A stretch of DNA of 64,000 nucleotides from positions 24,986,001 through 25,050,000 of the forward strand of contig OX597826.1 of assembly GCA_951406725.2 (NCBI GenBank), read 5' to 3'. The notes under the pieces are model-generated. The model saw only the letters and a list, made by a program, of their open reading frames with translations. It did no database searches and was not told the DNA's origin. The translations under genes and the position numbers were made by a program. Source of the stretch: Octopus vulgaris (lineage: Eukaryota). Within the stretch, counting starts at the first letter, position 1; every line of letters starts with the position of its first letter. This document shows positions 27,353-41,020 of this stretch, one piece after another.

Positions 27353-28389
27353 TGTGTATACGTATGTATGTGTGTGTGTATGTGTTTGTCTCTCTCACTG
27401 CTAGACAGCTGGTATGATCTTTTTGTACGTCACTTGGCAGTTGGTATGGTTTGTTTCCGTCCCTGTAACTTAGTGGTCGGCAAAAGAACCTATAGAATAA
27501 GTACCAGACTTTAAAATAGACACTGGGGTTGATGATTTGACTGAAACCCTTCAAGGCGGTGCCCCAGCATGGCCACAGTCCAACGACTGAAACAAGTAAA
27601 AGATAAAAGATACGATTTGGGCTCGGAGCATAAAGCAAGAGAATTAAATACTAGGATATACAGAACAACGCAAGACTAACACAAGAACACAGTGACTTTT
27701 CGTTATAAAGCTGAGTTTTTCTATAATTCTATGAATGAAAGATGAGAGTGGGGTCAGAGATAGATAGAGAAAGACAGAAAGGAGAGGGAAAGGAAGAAGA
27801 AAAAGACCCATAAGATATATAGACTTTACTTAAAAATGCATTTAAGACGAGAACGTTGACTGATGTAGTATTAGATAGAGGTGGATAGATAGAAACAGAA
27901 AGGTAGAGAATGACAGATAGAAAACGAGTGAAGGAGAGAGAGATGGGGAGAGATGGGAGGGAGAGAGATATGGAAGGGAGAGAGAGAAGGTGGAATGCAG
28001 AGAGAGAGAGTAAAAGAGAATAGTGTCACGGGTCAGAAACGAAATAGCGTTAACTACTCAACTAATCACTAGTTACTGTTATTAATGAGGACGGGCGTGA
28101 AGTGTGAATGAAAAAAAAAGCAATGAACAGTATATAAAATGTAAAAAAATATATAAAGAGAAATAAATAAGTAAATAATCTCGTAAATAAATAAATAAAT
28201 AAATAACGCCATAAACATATACATAAATGTATATATAAATAAACGCCGAAAGTTTCGGCTCGTGTTTCAGTATGAGAAGGAATAAAACGGAGTAGAATGA
28301 TGCCAAAATGAATTCTATAAGTATAGTGGAACCTTGGTAATTTTCATAATTATATTTTGAAACGATACACGATACAAGAGCCGCAAAAT

Positions 28390-28487
28390 CTTGTAGACTG
28401 ATTATATCTAGTTGGTAGCGTTTGATCTCTTCCACTAGTTCCTGCTCTTTAGCCATAAGTGTTGTGACATTGCAATATTCTTGACCT
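28390..28487 (-). mobile_element. RTE APE endonuclease N-terminal fragment, interrupted by a SINE stack (continues beyond 29295)
   Basis: CNVTTLMAKEQELVEEIKRYQLDIISL resembles RTE WNVxxLxGKExELxxEVxRYxLDIVGL. Confidence 0.65.
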
Positions 28488-28489
28488 TT

Positions 28490-29290
28490 AAGGCGGCGGG
28501 CTGGCAGAAACGTTAGCATGCCAGGCGAAATGCTTAGCGGTGTTTCGTATGTCTTTACGTGTTGAGTTCAAATTCCGCCGAGGTCGACTTTGCTTTTCAT
28601 CCTTTGAGGGTCGATAAAATAAGTACCAGTTATGCACTGGGGTCGATGTAATCGACTTAATCCTGTCCTTCTTTGTCCCCTCTGTGTGCAGCTCCTTGTG
28701 GGCAGTAAAGAAATAAGAAACGTTAGCATCCCAGGCGAAATGTTTAGTGGTGTTTCGTATGTCTTTACGTTCTGAGTTCAAATTCTGTGTAGGTCGACTT
28801 TGCCTTTCATCCTTTCGAGGTTGATAAAATAAGTACCATTTGCGTACTGGGGTCGATCTAATCGACTGGCTCCTTCCCCAAAAATTTCGAGCCTTGTGAC
28901 TAGAATAGAAAATAATTCCTAAGGCGGCGAGCTGGCAGAAACGTTAGCATGCCGGGCGAAATGCTTAGCGGTACTTTACGTTCTGAGTTCAAATTCCGTT
29001 GTGGTCGATCTAATCGACTGGTCCCCTCCCCACAAATTTTGGACCTTGTTCCTAGAGTAGAAAAGAATATTCTCGACCTTCAAGGCGGCGTGGTAGCAGA
29101 ATCATAAGCACACCGGGTGAAATACTTAGCGGCATTTCGCCTGGTCTTTACGTTCTAAGTTCAAATTCTGCTGAGGTCGACTTTACCTTTCATCCTCATG
29201 AGGTCGATAAAATAAGTACCAGTCGAACACTGGGGTCGATGTAATCGACTTACCTCCCTCCCCCAAAACTGCTGGCCCAAATTTGATATC
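28490..29290 (+). mobile_element. Stack of four tandem SINE family B copies
   Basis: Head AAGGCGGCGAGCTGGCAGAAACGTTAGC, B box GAGTTCAAATTCC, central GCCTTTCATCCTTTCGAGGTCGATAAAATAAGTACCAG; copies start ~28490, 28716, 28921, 29082. Confidence 0.9.
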
Positions 29291-29666
29291 AATATTCTCG
29301 ATCCTTAAGGATTGTTCCCTTCTGGACACACATCCTTTGTGATTTAGTGCCTCCCAGAACCTGCTGCAGGCTTATTGCTGGTTGTACTGACATTTGATGG
29401 GGATTACAATATATTTTTCGAACGGATCGAAAAGTGTACGATCGCGAATACAAGTGGCCGAACTGGGATTCCTCCGAAGGGTCTCTCGAGTAACTTTACT
29501 CGACAGTGGGGGCATAGCTCGGATTGAAAGTCACAGCCCCTGTACTACGAACACGTGATTACAATACAGTTCTATATTTAAGAGGGGAGGAATTATGTAC
29601 ATTATTTACATTATTTACAGTTGAAGGATATTTGTCTTCATCTTGTCACAAATGATATACCAGACA

Positions 29667-30200
29667 GTGGCTCTCATGGCTTCTCATCTTAACTGATTGG
29701 AAGTGTTATCATGTACATTGTTTTGTCTTGGTATAAAAGATGGGCTACAGCAAATATTCTGCTCAATACCACAGATTTGCTTGTCAGTTGTTTGACCTTA
29801 ACCAGTTGACCATGTCCCTTAGTGGCTGATGATATGTGCATATCTGATCACGAGCAAAAGTAGTGGGGGAGCATCATAGCTATATGTTGAGAGGGATTCT
29901 TTGAGGTTTGAATAATTCACTTCTGGAAACATTGGTGTTTCGTTCAACATCCTTAAACAACCCTTATTCAGGGACCTTTTTGAGTGGGATGGGTTACTCG
30001 ACCAGAAGAAAATTCTAACTGGGCCCCACCTGCAAGGTCATGTGTTGTTTATCTTGTATGAGATCACCATGTCGCACACGATGCATGTGCCTGGTGTACC
30101 CTTATCAGATGGGTAGTCACGATGGGTATACTGGGCTTCGTATATTTTACCCCAGTGTCACTTTGATGGCATGCACTGTTCTCTCACTCAATAATAATAA
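29667..30200 (+). repeat. Unclassified interspersed repeat ending in (TAA)n; second copy at 36952-37250
   Basis: Two clearly homologous copies, both ending CTCTCACTCAATAATAAT. Confidence 0.88.
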
Positions 30201-32127
30201 TTTCTATTATTATAATAGTAATCATTATTTCAAGTATAACCTCAAGAAATGGCAGAGCAATGTACTTTATGTCTTATGGTATTTTCATATTTGGTCGTCC
30301 AAATGAAGAAAAAATCAGACGAAAGAGCCTTTTATATGGTTTCTCGACCTGCTAGATATACATGCTAAATTTCCTCAACTCACACTAACCATCTTAAACA
30401 GAAAGGACACGTTGGATAATATGGTCCGGACTACGTTATTTGTGATGACAAAAAAAAAATAACGTGGGATGGTCATGGCAGAAATGCCTTTAATATATCT
30501 ACTTGATCAGGATCGACAGGAGTGAGACAACTACAACAACAACAACAGCAGCAGCAGCAGCAGCAGCAGCAACTGTAGCAAAACCAGCAGCAGCAACTGT
30601 AGCAAAACCAGCAGCAGCAGCAACAGCAGCAAGAGCAACAGCAGCAGAAACAATAGCAGCTAGCAACTGAGCAAGCATAGTGTTTTACAGAATAAATTAC
30701 TGAGGGACGTCATCTGCATAGAAAATAAAACATGTCAAAACAAAAACAAACAACTAAAACATTGAAATTCTTAGGTCTAAAATAAGTCTAAAGGGTCATT
30801 AGGACAGAGGTTATTTTGGTTCCTAGGCGGTATAAGTGATTGACAATACAATATTCCCCTCTGAACAGGATGTTAGCTCTATGAGTTAACCCTCAACAGT
30901 TAATGGCACTTTTCCAGTTGAGTCAAAGCACAAAGCACCTCCTAGTCTGGGAATTGAAACTACAACCTTTCAATTGTCAGTTCAACATCTTAACCAGAAG
31001 GTCACAAGCTCTTCGTGAGCAGTTACCTCCGTGTTAACATATTTTATGGAGTAAGCATTAAAAAGCTAATTAAAAGTAATTATGCGCTGAAGAAAATGTA
31101 ATATTAGTTAAGGACTGTTCGGGTGAACCAATGATTAGAAAAGAAGACCGTTCCAAGCATGACCGTTCCATCTATTTGGGAGTGTCTTTCATTACATTGT
31201 CCAATATATTGTTTCTTTTTTCTTTTAATATGCTAGGTTATATAGATTTTGAAGAAATCGGTTTCTCTTTCTAGCAAATCAAACGAGCGCATAAAGGTTC
31301 CTTTTACGTGGCTCGGGAATCTGTAGTTTGTTAGTATCGCTGTTACTCTATAGCCCTGCTGTGTAATTTTTGTTTTATTTTTGTAATTGTCTGTTTTTTG
31401 TTATTTGTAATGGAGACTGAAAGAAATGGTGATGGGGGATATGGTAATATGTTAGGGGAAGAATGAAAAAAAGGGGAGGAGGAGGAGGAGGAGAGGAGGG
31501 GAATGCAGAGGAGGCGGAGGAGAAATACTTGGTGAAGTGAAATGGAAGAAGCAGAAGATAACGAAAATATATATAATATATATAAATACAATAAAGAAAA
31601 AGAAAAAAGGACGCGGGGAACAGATGTAGATATGACTAGAGGATTGTGCGAAATGAGAAGGGCAGACGATGAGTATTCATGAAGTAAAACGAAGCAAATA
31701 TCGAGTAGAGGGACTCGAGGAAGTATTGTGTTAAGTCTCCTAAGGTGATCTTTTCTCTGAAAAGGTAGAATTGCTCATAGAGAAAGAATGTTATTTAGAA
31801 ACGAAAATAGACCGGAGAGATTCCGAGACAATATTGTTATGAAGAGTGGTGTAGGTATACTTTAAGTTGGATTTTTTGAAGGTATAAGCGAATAAGTAAA
31901 TAAATAGGTATCCATTTCAAGTTGAAGAGAAAGCCTTCATTCATAAATATTACAGGTAAACACAGTAAGTTTGATTTTGAAGGTAAGAATAAGTAAATAT
32001 CTATATAAATGTATATAAAATGTCAGGTTGAAGGGAAAGATTTCATTTACATACATGATATAGATATTATGCTTGTGTGGGTTAGGAGTATGTATATACA
32101 TACACACACAAATATGCATACACACAT

Positions 32128-32190
<63 letters not shown>

Positions 32191-32191
32191 C

Positions 32192-32226
<35 letters not shown>

Positions 32227-32414
32227 CCTACCTACCTACCTACCTACCTACCTACCTACCTACCTACCTACCTACCTACCTACCTACCTATCTACCTACC
32301 TACCTCTCTCTATATAAGAGAGTGCATTCAAAAGATGATTTTTGCTCGACGAATGAGGGAGACAGAAATCAATAAGTGATATGGAGTTTATGGGCTTTTA
32401 AACTACACTCCTTC

Positions 32415-32457
32415 CTCATAACTCGAGTTTCACGCCAAAGCGATCGTCAGGCGTGAG
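32415..32457 (-). ncRNA. Minimal type I hammerhead-like motif
   Basis: Minus: CTCACGC-CTGACGA-T-CGC(TTTG)GCG-T-GAAA-CTCGAG-TT-ATGAG; intact core, palindromic stem III, imperfect stem I. Confidence 0.65.
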
Positions 32458-32724
32458 CGACGGTGGTAGCATTAAACACGATTTACCAGAAAAATCATAC
32501 AGTTTATACATATGTATATACGCATATACACACACGTATACACAAACCACACACACAAATACACATACACGCGCAAACACATACGCATACACACAAAATC
32601 CATAAAACAAATTATCCTTTATGTAATAGACTTTGCAAAACACGGAAAACAAGAAACAATCTCATTTTAACGAACAAAAGCTTACTGAAATGCTTCGGTT
32701 CTTGTTTAAATCCAAATTAAGCAT

Positions 32725-33102
32725 AATTCTTTTATTTGTTTCAGTTATTGGATTGTGGCCACGCTGGGGGCAAGGCCTTTAACAATTTAGTCGAACAAAT
32801 CGATCCTTGGATATATGTTTTTAAAGATTGGTACTATATCGGTTCCTTTTTGCTGAACTGTTAAGTTACAGGGACGTAAATAAATCAACACTGGTTGACA
32901 AGCGATGAGAGGGCAAACACAAAGACATACAAACATACATGTTTACATATATACATGCACACACGCGCATGACGCGCTTTCGTACAGTTTCCGCCTACCA
33001 AATTCCCTCGCAAAGCATTACTAGAAGGCACTTGCCTAAGGTGCCGCGCAGTAAGACTGAACCCAAAGCAAGCTTTTTACCCACACAGCCATGACTGTGC
33101 CT
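32725..33102 (-). mobile_element. SINE family A, diverged
   Basis: Recognisable tail, body and head. Confidence 0.8.
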
Positions 33103-33168
33103 ATGAGCAAATCTATGATCAAAGACCTTCCAAACATGAATAATAATAATAATATACTTATTGAATAA

Positions 33169-33335
33169 CTTCACTTTTAAGACAGTAGGATGTGATTTGT
33201 TTGAGATTTGGCTGTTATTTCTAGCATATCAAGTGACCGCATAATATCTGTCTTCACTTTTAAGACAGTAGGATGTGATTTGTTTGAGATTTGGCTGTTA
33301 TTTCTAGCATATCAAGTGACCGCATAATATCTGTC
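33169..33335. repeat. Perfect tandem duplication of ~83 bp
   Basis: CTTCACTTTTAAGACAGTAGG...GCATAATATCTGT x2. Confidence 0.92.
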
Positions 33336-33419
33336 TCGTTAATTCGTTTGTTCAGAGAAAATGCGTAACTAAAGATCTTCCTTTGACTTTCATTCAAAGG
33401 TTCTACTTCATATTTTACA

Positions 33420-34065
33420 TTAAAAATAACATGCGCCACGTACTCACAATCTTTAGGCGTCCCATGCAGAGACCGCAGGAGCTACTCAGAGGCATTGCAC
33501 GTTCGTCTTCTGGATCCATCTTAATGTCGGGAACCCTTTCGTATCAACTGCAGATATCTCATAAGCATTTTTTCCCCTTAGCCAGTACTCCTCGTTTGAG
33601 TGGGGCATCGAGGACCGAACTAGTCTTCGCCCGTAGAAGGGTTCCACATGTGGTCTCTTGTAAATAACAGCTACCTTGAGCTGTTTTCAGTTGCCATGCC
33701 CAATTCCTTGGTGGATTTCTTTAGGTGTCTGGGTTCTAGACCAATCTTCTGTAGGAAATAGCGCACAGCTCTACTTGAAAAGTAACAACATCTAATTTTA
33801 ATAAGGAATGAGGCCGCGTGCTACCCTTTGACAAGTGCCTCGTCGAACAAGTTCTGATATTTGGTTTTGATTTGTTGGTAAGAAATATCGATTCTGTCTT
33901 CCTAGAACACTGTAAGTTCATCCACAATGATTGTTTTTGCACCTCCGAAGAGCAGGAACATATCTGGGTGGAGTGATGTTACTGCTATCACCTCTGCTAA
34001 GGCTAAAATACCCTTCAGGGTCATTTACATCTCCCCAGTCTGAAGTTGGATGCAAAATGTAAAAT
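33420..34065 (-). mobile_element. 3' fragment of a HERO/NeSL-like RLE non-LTR retrotransposon
   Basis: VTSLHPDMFL...KTIIVDELTVF*EDRIDISYQQIKTKYQNLFDEALVKG*HA...FLQKIGL...ENSS matches the TSLRPD..ELTVPWE..KY.DL endonuclease pattern. Confidence 0.78.
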
Positions 34066-35384
34066 GGGTCTTTTTCTGTTGGGCCAAAGTTTAAAACCTT
34101 TTTTCTTAATATTATATAACGATTTTAAGGCAGCGAACTGGCAAAATAGTGAGTGCGCTGAACAAACGCGTAGCGGTATTTCGTCCGTTTTTATGTTCTG
34201 ACTTCAAATGCCGCAGAAGTCGAATTTGCATTTTATCGTTTCGGGGATCTATGAAATAAGTACCTGTCGAGCAATGGGATCGATGTAATCGACTTACACA
34301 CTATCACTAAACTTCAGGCCTTGTGGTTTTAGCAGACAGGCTTATTATATAATGATTGTATTAAATAGAATGGACGAATTGCTTATTTGGTACACTAAAT
34401 CCTTTTTCATTTTAGAATATCAAATGATTCCTACACAGTTATAACTCTGTTATCTTCAAGTGAATGCAATCAAATTTAATGAGTTTTATGAAGATATTTC
34501 GCTTCATTAAAATGATTAATTAAGATGATTTACGACATTTAAACTGAGAAATTTATTATGGACACTATGTTTCTTTTCATGAATATATCATAGCTCTTTT
34601 TATAAAAATCAATATTACCATTGTAATAATAATTACAATTGAATCGTCTATAGAAGTCTATTCAAGTCCATTTGGATTTCAAGTTTTGGCACAAGACCAG
34701 GAGTTTTGAGGGAGGGGGCTAAGTCGATTACATTGATCGCAGTGTTCAACTGGTACTTATTTTATTGACTCCCAAAGGATAAAAGACAAAGTTGACCTAG
34801 GAAGAATTTGAACTCAGAACGTAAACACAGACGAAATGTCGCTAAGCATTTTACCCGGCGTGCTAATGACTCTTCCAGCTCGCCATCTTTATTCACGTCC
34901 ATATTTTTCAGTAATTACTTAAGATCTTTGCTGCCAATGGAGCACAAACCGTCAACAACTTCTTTCTACAGTTCTCGACTCTGGGCTATCTTCTCCCCTC
35001 ACAAGTTTTGTTGGTTTTGAATCGTCATCGATGCTTCTGTACCTTAGATTTTTTTCTTGGCAGGGCTGTTAGCCTTAACGCAAACCCATTTTTATCCGTG
35101 GGTGTTATCTTGTATAAAAGCTGTCCCATGTCGAGAAAGGTGTGTTTGATTAAAAGAGTCCTTGCTTTTGAGCCCGAAGGTAATAAAGGCAAAGACAACG
35201 TTGTGAAAATGTAAATTCAGAATATAAAAAAAAGGATTATCTCAATACCACAGAGATTTGGTGGCCCTAATCTATGGATCCTTCTAAACTCAGGTAAATA
35301 TAGAAGCAAAAGCTATCATGTACATGCAAACTATCCTTACAGCTTGCCACCTGAGTAAATATAAAACAATAATAATAATAATAA

Positions 35385-35440
<56 letters not shown>

Positions 35441-36129
35441 ATAATAATAATAGACTCCAGTACTTGATTTTATCGACGCCGAAAATAAGAAAGGTATAGT
35501 TGGCCTCAACAGAGTCTGAACTCCAAGATCCATAACAAATATTACGTAACATGGTAACCAACGCAATAGCGGCTCTGTCACCTCGCTTGCCTGTAATCAC
35601 AGATGTATGCCGAGTGAAAGCCTATTTTACGGATTCATTGCGATGCAAATTAAATTCCTACTTTACGATCATCGCTTTCTCATGCGAATATGAATCGCGG
35701 TGTCTGCAAGATGAAAACTGAGGCTATATTTAGATAATTAGCAACTGTGCATCAAGTAGTTATGCATCTCAATGTTGCACAATGCTGTAGCACATTGCTG
35801 CTATATATAGCCAAAGCATATCATTTATTGCTTTATCACGTCTCACTTAGCTTCACCCTATATATGCGTGAATATACGTAACGATGGTGGGGGAATGCGG
35901 TAGACGTTGCGCGGGCCTCATGAGGAAGTAAGGTTCGTATCACAAGATATCACTCTACCCCCCATCCCCCCATCCCCCATCCCTGCACATAGTATGTAGT
36001 GACTGCTATCAGTACCACCACCACCACCACAACGCCCAAAGCGAACACTTCAAAAGGGTAGCACAATCGCATACTTTTACCTCTTTCCTTTTGTTTATAT
36101 ATATGTGTGTGTGTGTGTGTGTACCTATT

Positions 36130-36164
<35 letters not shown>

Positions 36165-36169
36165 CTATT

Positions 36170-36210
<41 letters not shown>

Positions 36211-36378
36211 CAGGTGTTCGAACGATGAAAGGCGAAGTTGACCTCAGTGGAATTTGAAACTCTGACGCAAAGACGGATGAAATGTCGCTAAGCATTTTGT
36301 CCGGCATGCTAACAATTCTGCTAGCTCGCCGCCTTAATGATAATAATAATGATAATGATGATGATGATGATGATGATG

Positions 36379-36442
<64 letters not shown>

Positions 36443-36475
36443 CAACAACAACAACAACAATAATAATAATAATAA

Positions 36476-36892
36476 CCGATACTCTGGGACTATGATTTTC
36501 TGACGGACCGTCGGCCGAATATCATCGTATTGAATAAGAGAGACAAATACTGTCAGATGATTGATGTAGCCATACCAAATGACATGAATGTTGTGAGTAA
36601 AGAGGTTGAAAAAACCACCAAGTACTACGAATTGAAAGTGGAAATGTATGGAATGCGAGAGGGTAATGTAAAAGCGATACCAGTGGTGATCGAAGCGCTG
36701 GGCTCAATCGCACTGAAACTTGAAGACTTCTTAAGGCAACTGGAAATTCCATGCAAGATTCATGTCTTCCAAAAAGCAGCCTTATTGGACACAGCGCACA
36801 TCTTAAGGAAAGTATTATCTGCCTGAGGTCCTTGTGATTTGACAGATGACAAAAGCCTCCGGCGCATTTTTAACTACACTGCGTTACGAAGA
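36476..36892 (+). mobile_element. 3' fragment of a Dong/R4-clade non-LTR element (restriction-like endonuclease) flanked by (TAA)n
   Basis: ILWDYDFLTD..RPNIIVLNKRDKYCQMIDVAIPND...KEVEKTTKYYEL...IPVVIEALG...QKAALLDTAHILRKVL; (TAA)n on both sides. Confidence 0.88.
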
Positions 36893-36952
<60 letters not shown>

Positions 36953-37271
36953 TGTCTTGGTATAAAAGATGGGCTACAGCAAATATTCTGCTCAATACCA
37001 CAGATTTGCTTGTCATTTGTTTGACCTTAACCAGTTGAGCATGTCCCTTAGTGGCTGACGATATGTGCATCTCTGATCACGAGCAGAAGTAGTGGGGGAG
37101 CATCATAGCCATGTGTTGAGAGGGATTCTTTGGGGTTTGAATAGTCACCTCTGGTGTACCTTTATCAGACGGGTAGTCATGATGGGTATATTGGGCTTCG
37201 TATATTTTACCCCAGTGTCACTTTGATGGCATGAACTGCTCTCTCACTCAATAATAATAATAATAATAATA

Positions 37272-37347
<76 letters not shown>

Positions 37348-37552
37348 TCCTTTCTATTATAGGCACAAGACCTGAAATTTGAGGAGAGGGGACTAGTCAA
37401 TTATATCGACCCCAGTACTTGACTAGTACTTAATTCAACGATGAAAGATAAAGTGAACATGGCGGAATTTAAGCTCACGAACTCAAAGACGGACGAAATG
37501 CCACAAAGCATTTTACCCAGCGAGCAAACGATTCTGCCAGCTTACCGCCTTA

Positions 37553-37707
37553 TTATAATTTATGACTATTAGTGTCGGGTAATAAATGGAAGAAGTAAAG
37601 CCAAAACGAAATTAAAGCAGGGAAAATTATATGTAAAACATTCGGTAATGAACAAATTAATAACGCTATTTGAATATTTGAATTACACAGAAGAATTTGT
37701 GTTAGAG
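37553..37707. repeat. ~155-bp dispersed duplication (second copy ~41249-41398)
   Basis: ATAATTTATGACTATTAGTGTCGGG...GAAGTAAAGCCAAAACGAAATTAAAGCAGGG...TTTGTGTTAGA. Confidence 0.9.
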
Positions 37708-37964
37708 GATATATATATATATATATATATCAATATTATTGCAGTCTACTTCGAGAGTATATTGCAATTTGAATTACGCAAATAGATTTGTTTTCAGAGG
37801 TTATTAGCAACATAAAATATTACGAAGGGTATATTGTAGAAAAGATATCTAATTAAAAGTCAAAATTAGACTGAAAATGAGGTAAATCCGAAAACGATAG
37901 CAATAATTATCATTGCAACTGTTCTTATCTGTGCCATAATAATGTGAACAATATAATTTCTGAT

Positions 37965-38521
37965 ATTCTTTTCTACTCTAGGCACAAGGCTCGAAATTTT
38001 TGGGGAGGGGGGCAGTCAATTAGATCGGCCCCAGGACGCAACTGGTACTTAATTTATTGACACCGAAAGGATGAAAGGCAAAATCGACCTCGGCGGAATT
38101 TGAACTTAGAACGTATACCCACAAGGGGCTAAACACAAAGAGGACAAACAAGGACAGACAAACGGATTAAGTCGATTACATCGACCCTAGTGTGTAACTG
38201 GTACTTAATTTATCGACCCCGAAAGGATGAAAGGCGAAGTCGACCTCGGCGGAATTTGAACTCAGAACATGACAGCAGACGAAATACCTATTTCTTTACT
38301 ACCCACAAGGGGCTAAACACAAAGAGGACAAACAAGGACAGACAAACGGATTAAGTCGATTACATCGACCCTAGTGTGTAACTGGTTCTTAATTTATCTA
38401 CCCCGAAAGGATGAAAGGCAAAGTCGACCTCGGCGGAATTTGAACTCAGAACGTAACGGCAGACGAAATACGGCTACGCATTTCGCCCGGCGTGCTAATG
38501 TTTCTGCCAGCTCGCCGCCTT
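37965..38521 (-). mobile_element. SINE family B multimer (three body repeats)
   Basis: ACCCACAAGGGGCTAAACAC...CGACCTCGGCGGAATTTGAACT repeated. Confidence 0.9.
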
Positions 38522-38574
38522 AATATAGTTTCTGATATTAAACACTGAATTGGATGGGGAAAATTAATAAACGA

Positions 38575-39295
<721 letters not shown>

Positions 39296-40085
39296 ATGGA
39301 AAACAGTCTACTACAAATCAGGTCGAAGTAGAGGACAACGTAAATATCTCCCCAACTCCTGTCTTTAGAAATGAAGAGCTGTCTTTGAGGAACAGTGGAC
39401 AGAGCTTTTCATCATTGGCTATGCTCTTATAAATTTATTAAAGAAATATTTATTTGAAGAGGAAGGTAACCGTAGAAAGAGAAGTGTCGCCCTCTAGTGA
39501 ATTTGCTCTGAGATTGGAGACTATACTGTGCACGAAATATCTGAAGGGACCTAATCTCAGTAAATCACAAAGCGAATTAACAAATGTCTCGCGATACCCA
39601 TTCTAGCTTACTTTTCTTTTGATTTCAAACCCTGTTGGGGGCAGTTTTGTCTTTTATCCTTTTGAGGATAATACTTTATAAATTTTGGCACAAATTTTGA
39701 CCCAGGTTTTAAATTTTCGCTATAAAATCTTGGCACAAGGCCAGCAATTTCGGGAGAAGAGGTAAGTCGATTACATCGACAACTAGTACTTAATTTATCG
39801 ACACTGAAAGGATAAAAGGCAAAGTCGACGTCGGCGGAAATTGAACTCAGGAAGTAAAGGCGGATGAAATGCCGCTAAGCTTTTTGCCTGGTATGCTAAC
39901 GATTCTGCTAGCAATTTCGAGTGAGGGGGAAGTCGATTACATAGATCTCAGTATTCAACAGGTACTTATTTTAACGATCCCAAAAGGATGAAAGGTAAAG
40001 TACACCTTGGCTGGAATTTGATTACGGAAAGTAAAGACGCTAAGCATTTTGCCCGGCGAGGTAATGATTCTACCAGGTCACCGCC

Positions 40086-40149
<64 letters not shown>

Positions 40150-40164
40150 TGATGATGATGATGA

Positions 40165-40598
40165 TTAATTCGTTTATTGGCCACAAGGGCTTACATAAAA
40201 TTACATTAAAACACATACAACATAAAAGACAAAAACAGGACGATACAATGGGTTTTACAACGTGTAAACAATATAAATAACAATTGAAAATTAAACAATT
40301 TAAAACTCCCAATAGGGAAGGCGCATTAAGGACCTCGTGGAAAACCCACAAAAGGTGCACGCTCAGAATTGATCCTTTCACACTGGCCATTCTTCCAACA
40401 TTCACCCACCTTTCAACAAACTTGCTACATGGCAACGCCTCCCTCTCCACCCTCAACTTCCTTATCAAGTGAAACTTGAAAAAGTTGATGGTGGCTTGGC
40501 CAAAGAGGAAAAGGCCTGTCTTTAGCCCTTTCAAACGGGTCCACCATGCTACCTCTTTCGCTATAAAAATTGCCTTCCCCTCTCGGCCAAAGAGGGCT
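40165..40598 (-). mobile_element. 3' fragment of a Tx1/L1-clade LINE embedded in (ATC)/(ATT)n microsatellite
   Basis: Minus-strand translation AKEVAWWTRLKGLK...FFKFHLIRKLRVEREALPCSKFVERW resembles Tx1 ORF2 C-termini; 3' UTR ends GCCCTTGTGGCCAATAAA then (ATC)n. Confidence 0.7.
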
Positions 40599-40682
40599 TA
40601 ATAATAATAATAATAATAATGATGATGATGATGATGACGAAGACGACGACGACGACGACGACGACGACAACGACAAGAAGAA

Positions 40683-41020
40683 GAAGAGCACTCAGAGAGC
40701 GCACACCAACGTCCTCTCAACGATTAGCCAGATGTAATTTTTAAAATCAGAATATCTTAAATAAACTCGACTGCTCTCGCAAACGAGAATACTAAAAATG
40801 AACCCGACCGCTATCAAAAATTAAGTAAAAAAAAATACAAGAAAAATTATCCAGAATCTTTGTCCGGTACCGGATCGATCCCAAAATCTAATCAGTTCGT
40901 GCCAGTCACGAGGCCAAACATTCCTGAAAGTTTCATCCAAATCCATTCAGCGGTTCTTGAGATATCTTGTTCACGGACAAACAAACATACAAACACCACT
41001 GAAAACAATGGCTGAGGTAA
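40683..41020. mobile_element. Helentron-associated (HINE/DINE-1-like) non-autonomous element
   Basis: AAGAGCACTCAGAGAGCGC start, AAGTTTCATCCAAATCC...TTCTTGAGATATC core, (ACAA)n microsatellite, GAAAACAAT..GAGGTAAT end. Confidence 0.6.

Noticed and set aside
28490-29290. CRISPR-like or integron-like repeat array
   Set aside because: Eukaryotic SINE multimers with no unique regular spacers and no cas genes
35958-35982. G-quadruplex-like (GGGGGAT)n on the minus strand
   Set aside because: Short simple repeat with no supporting context
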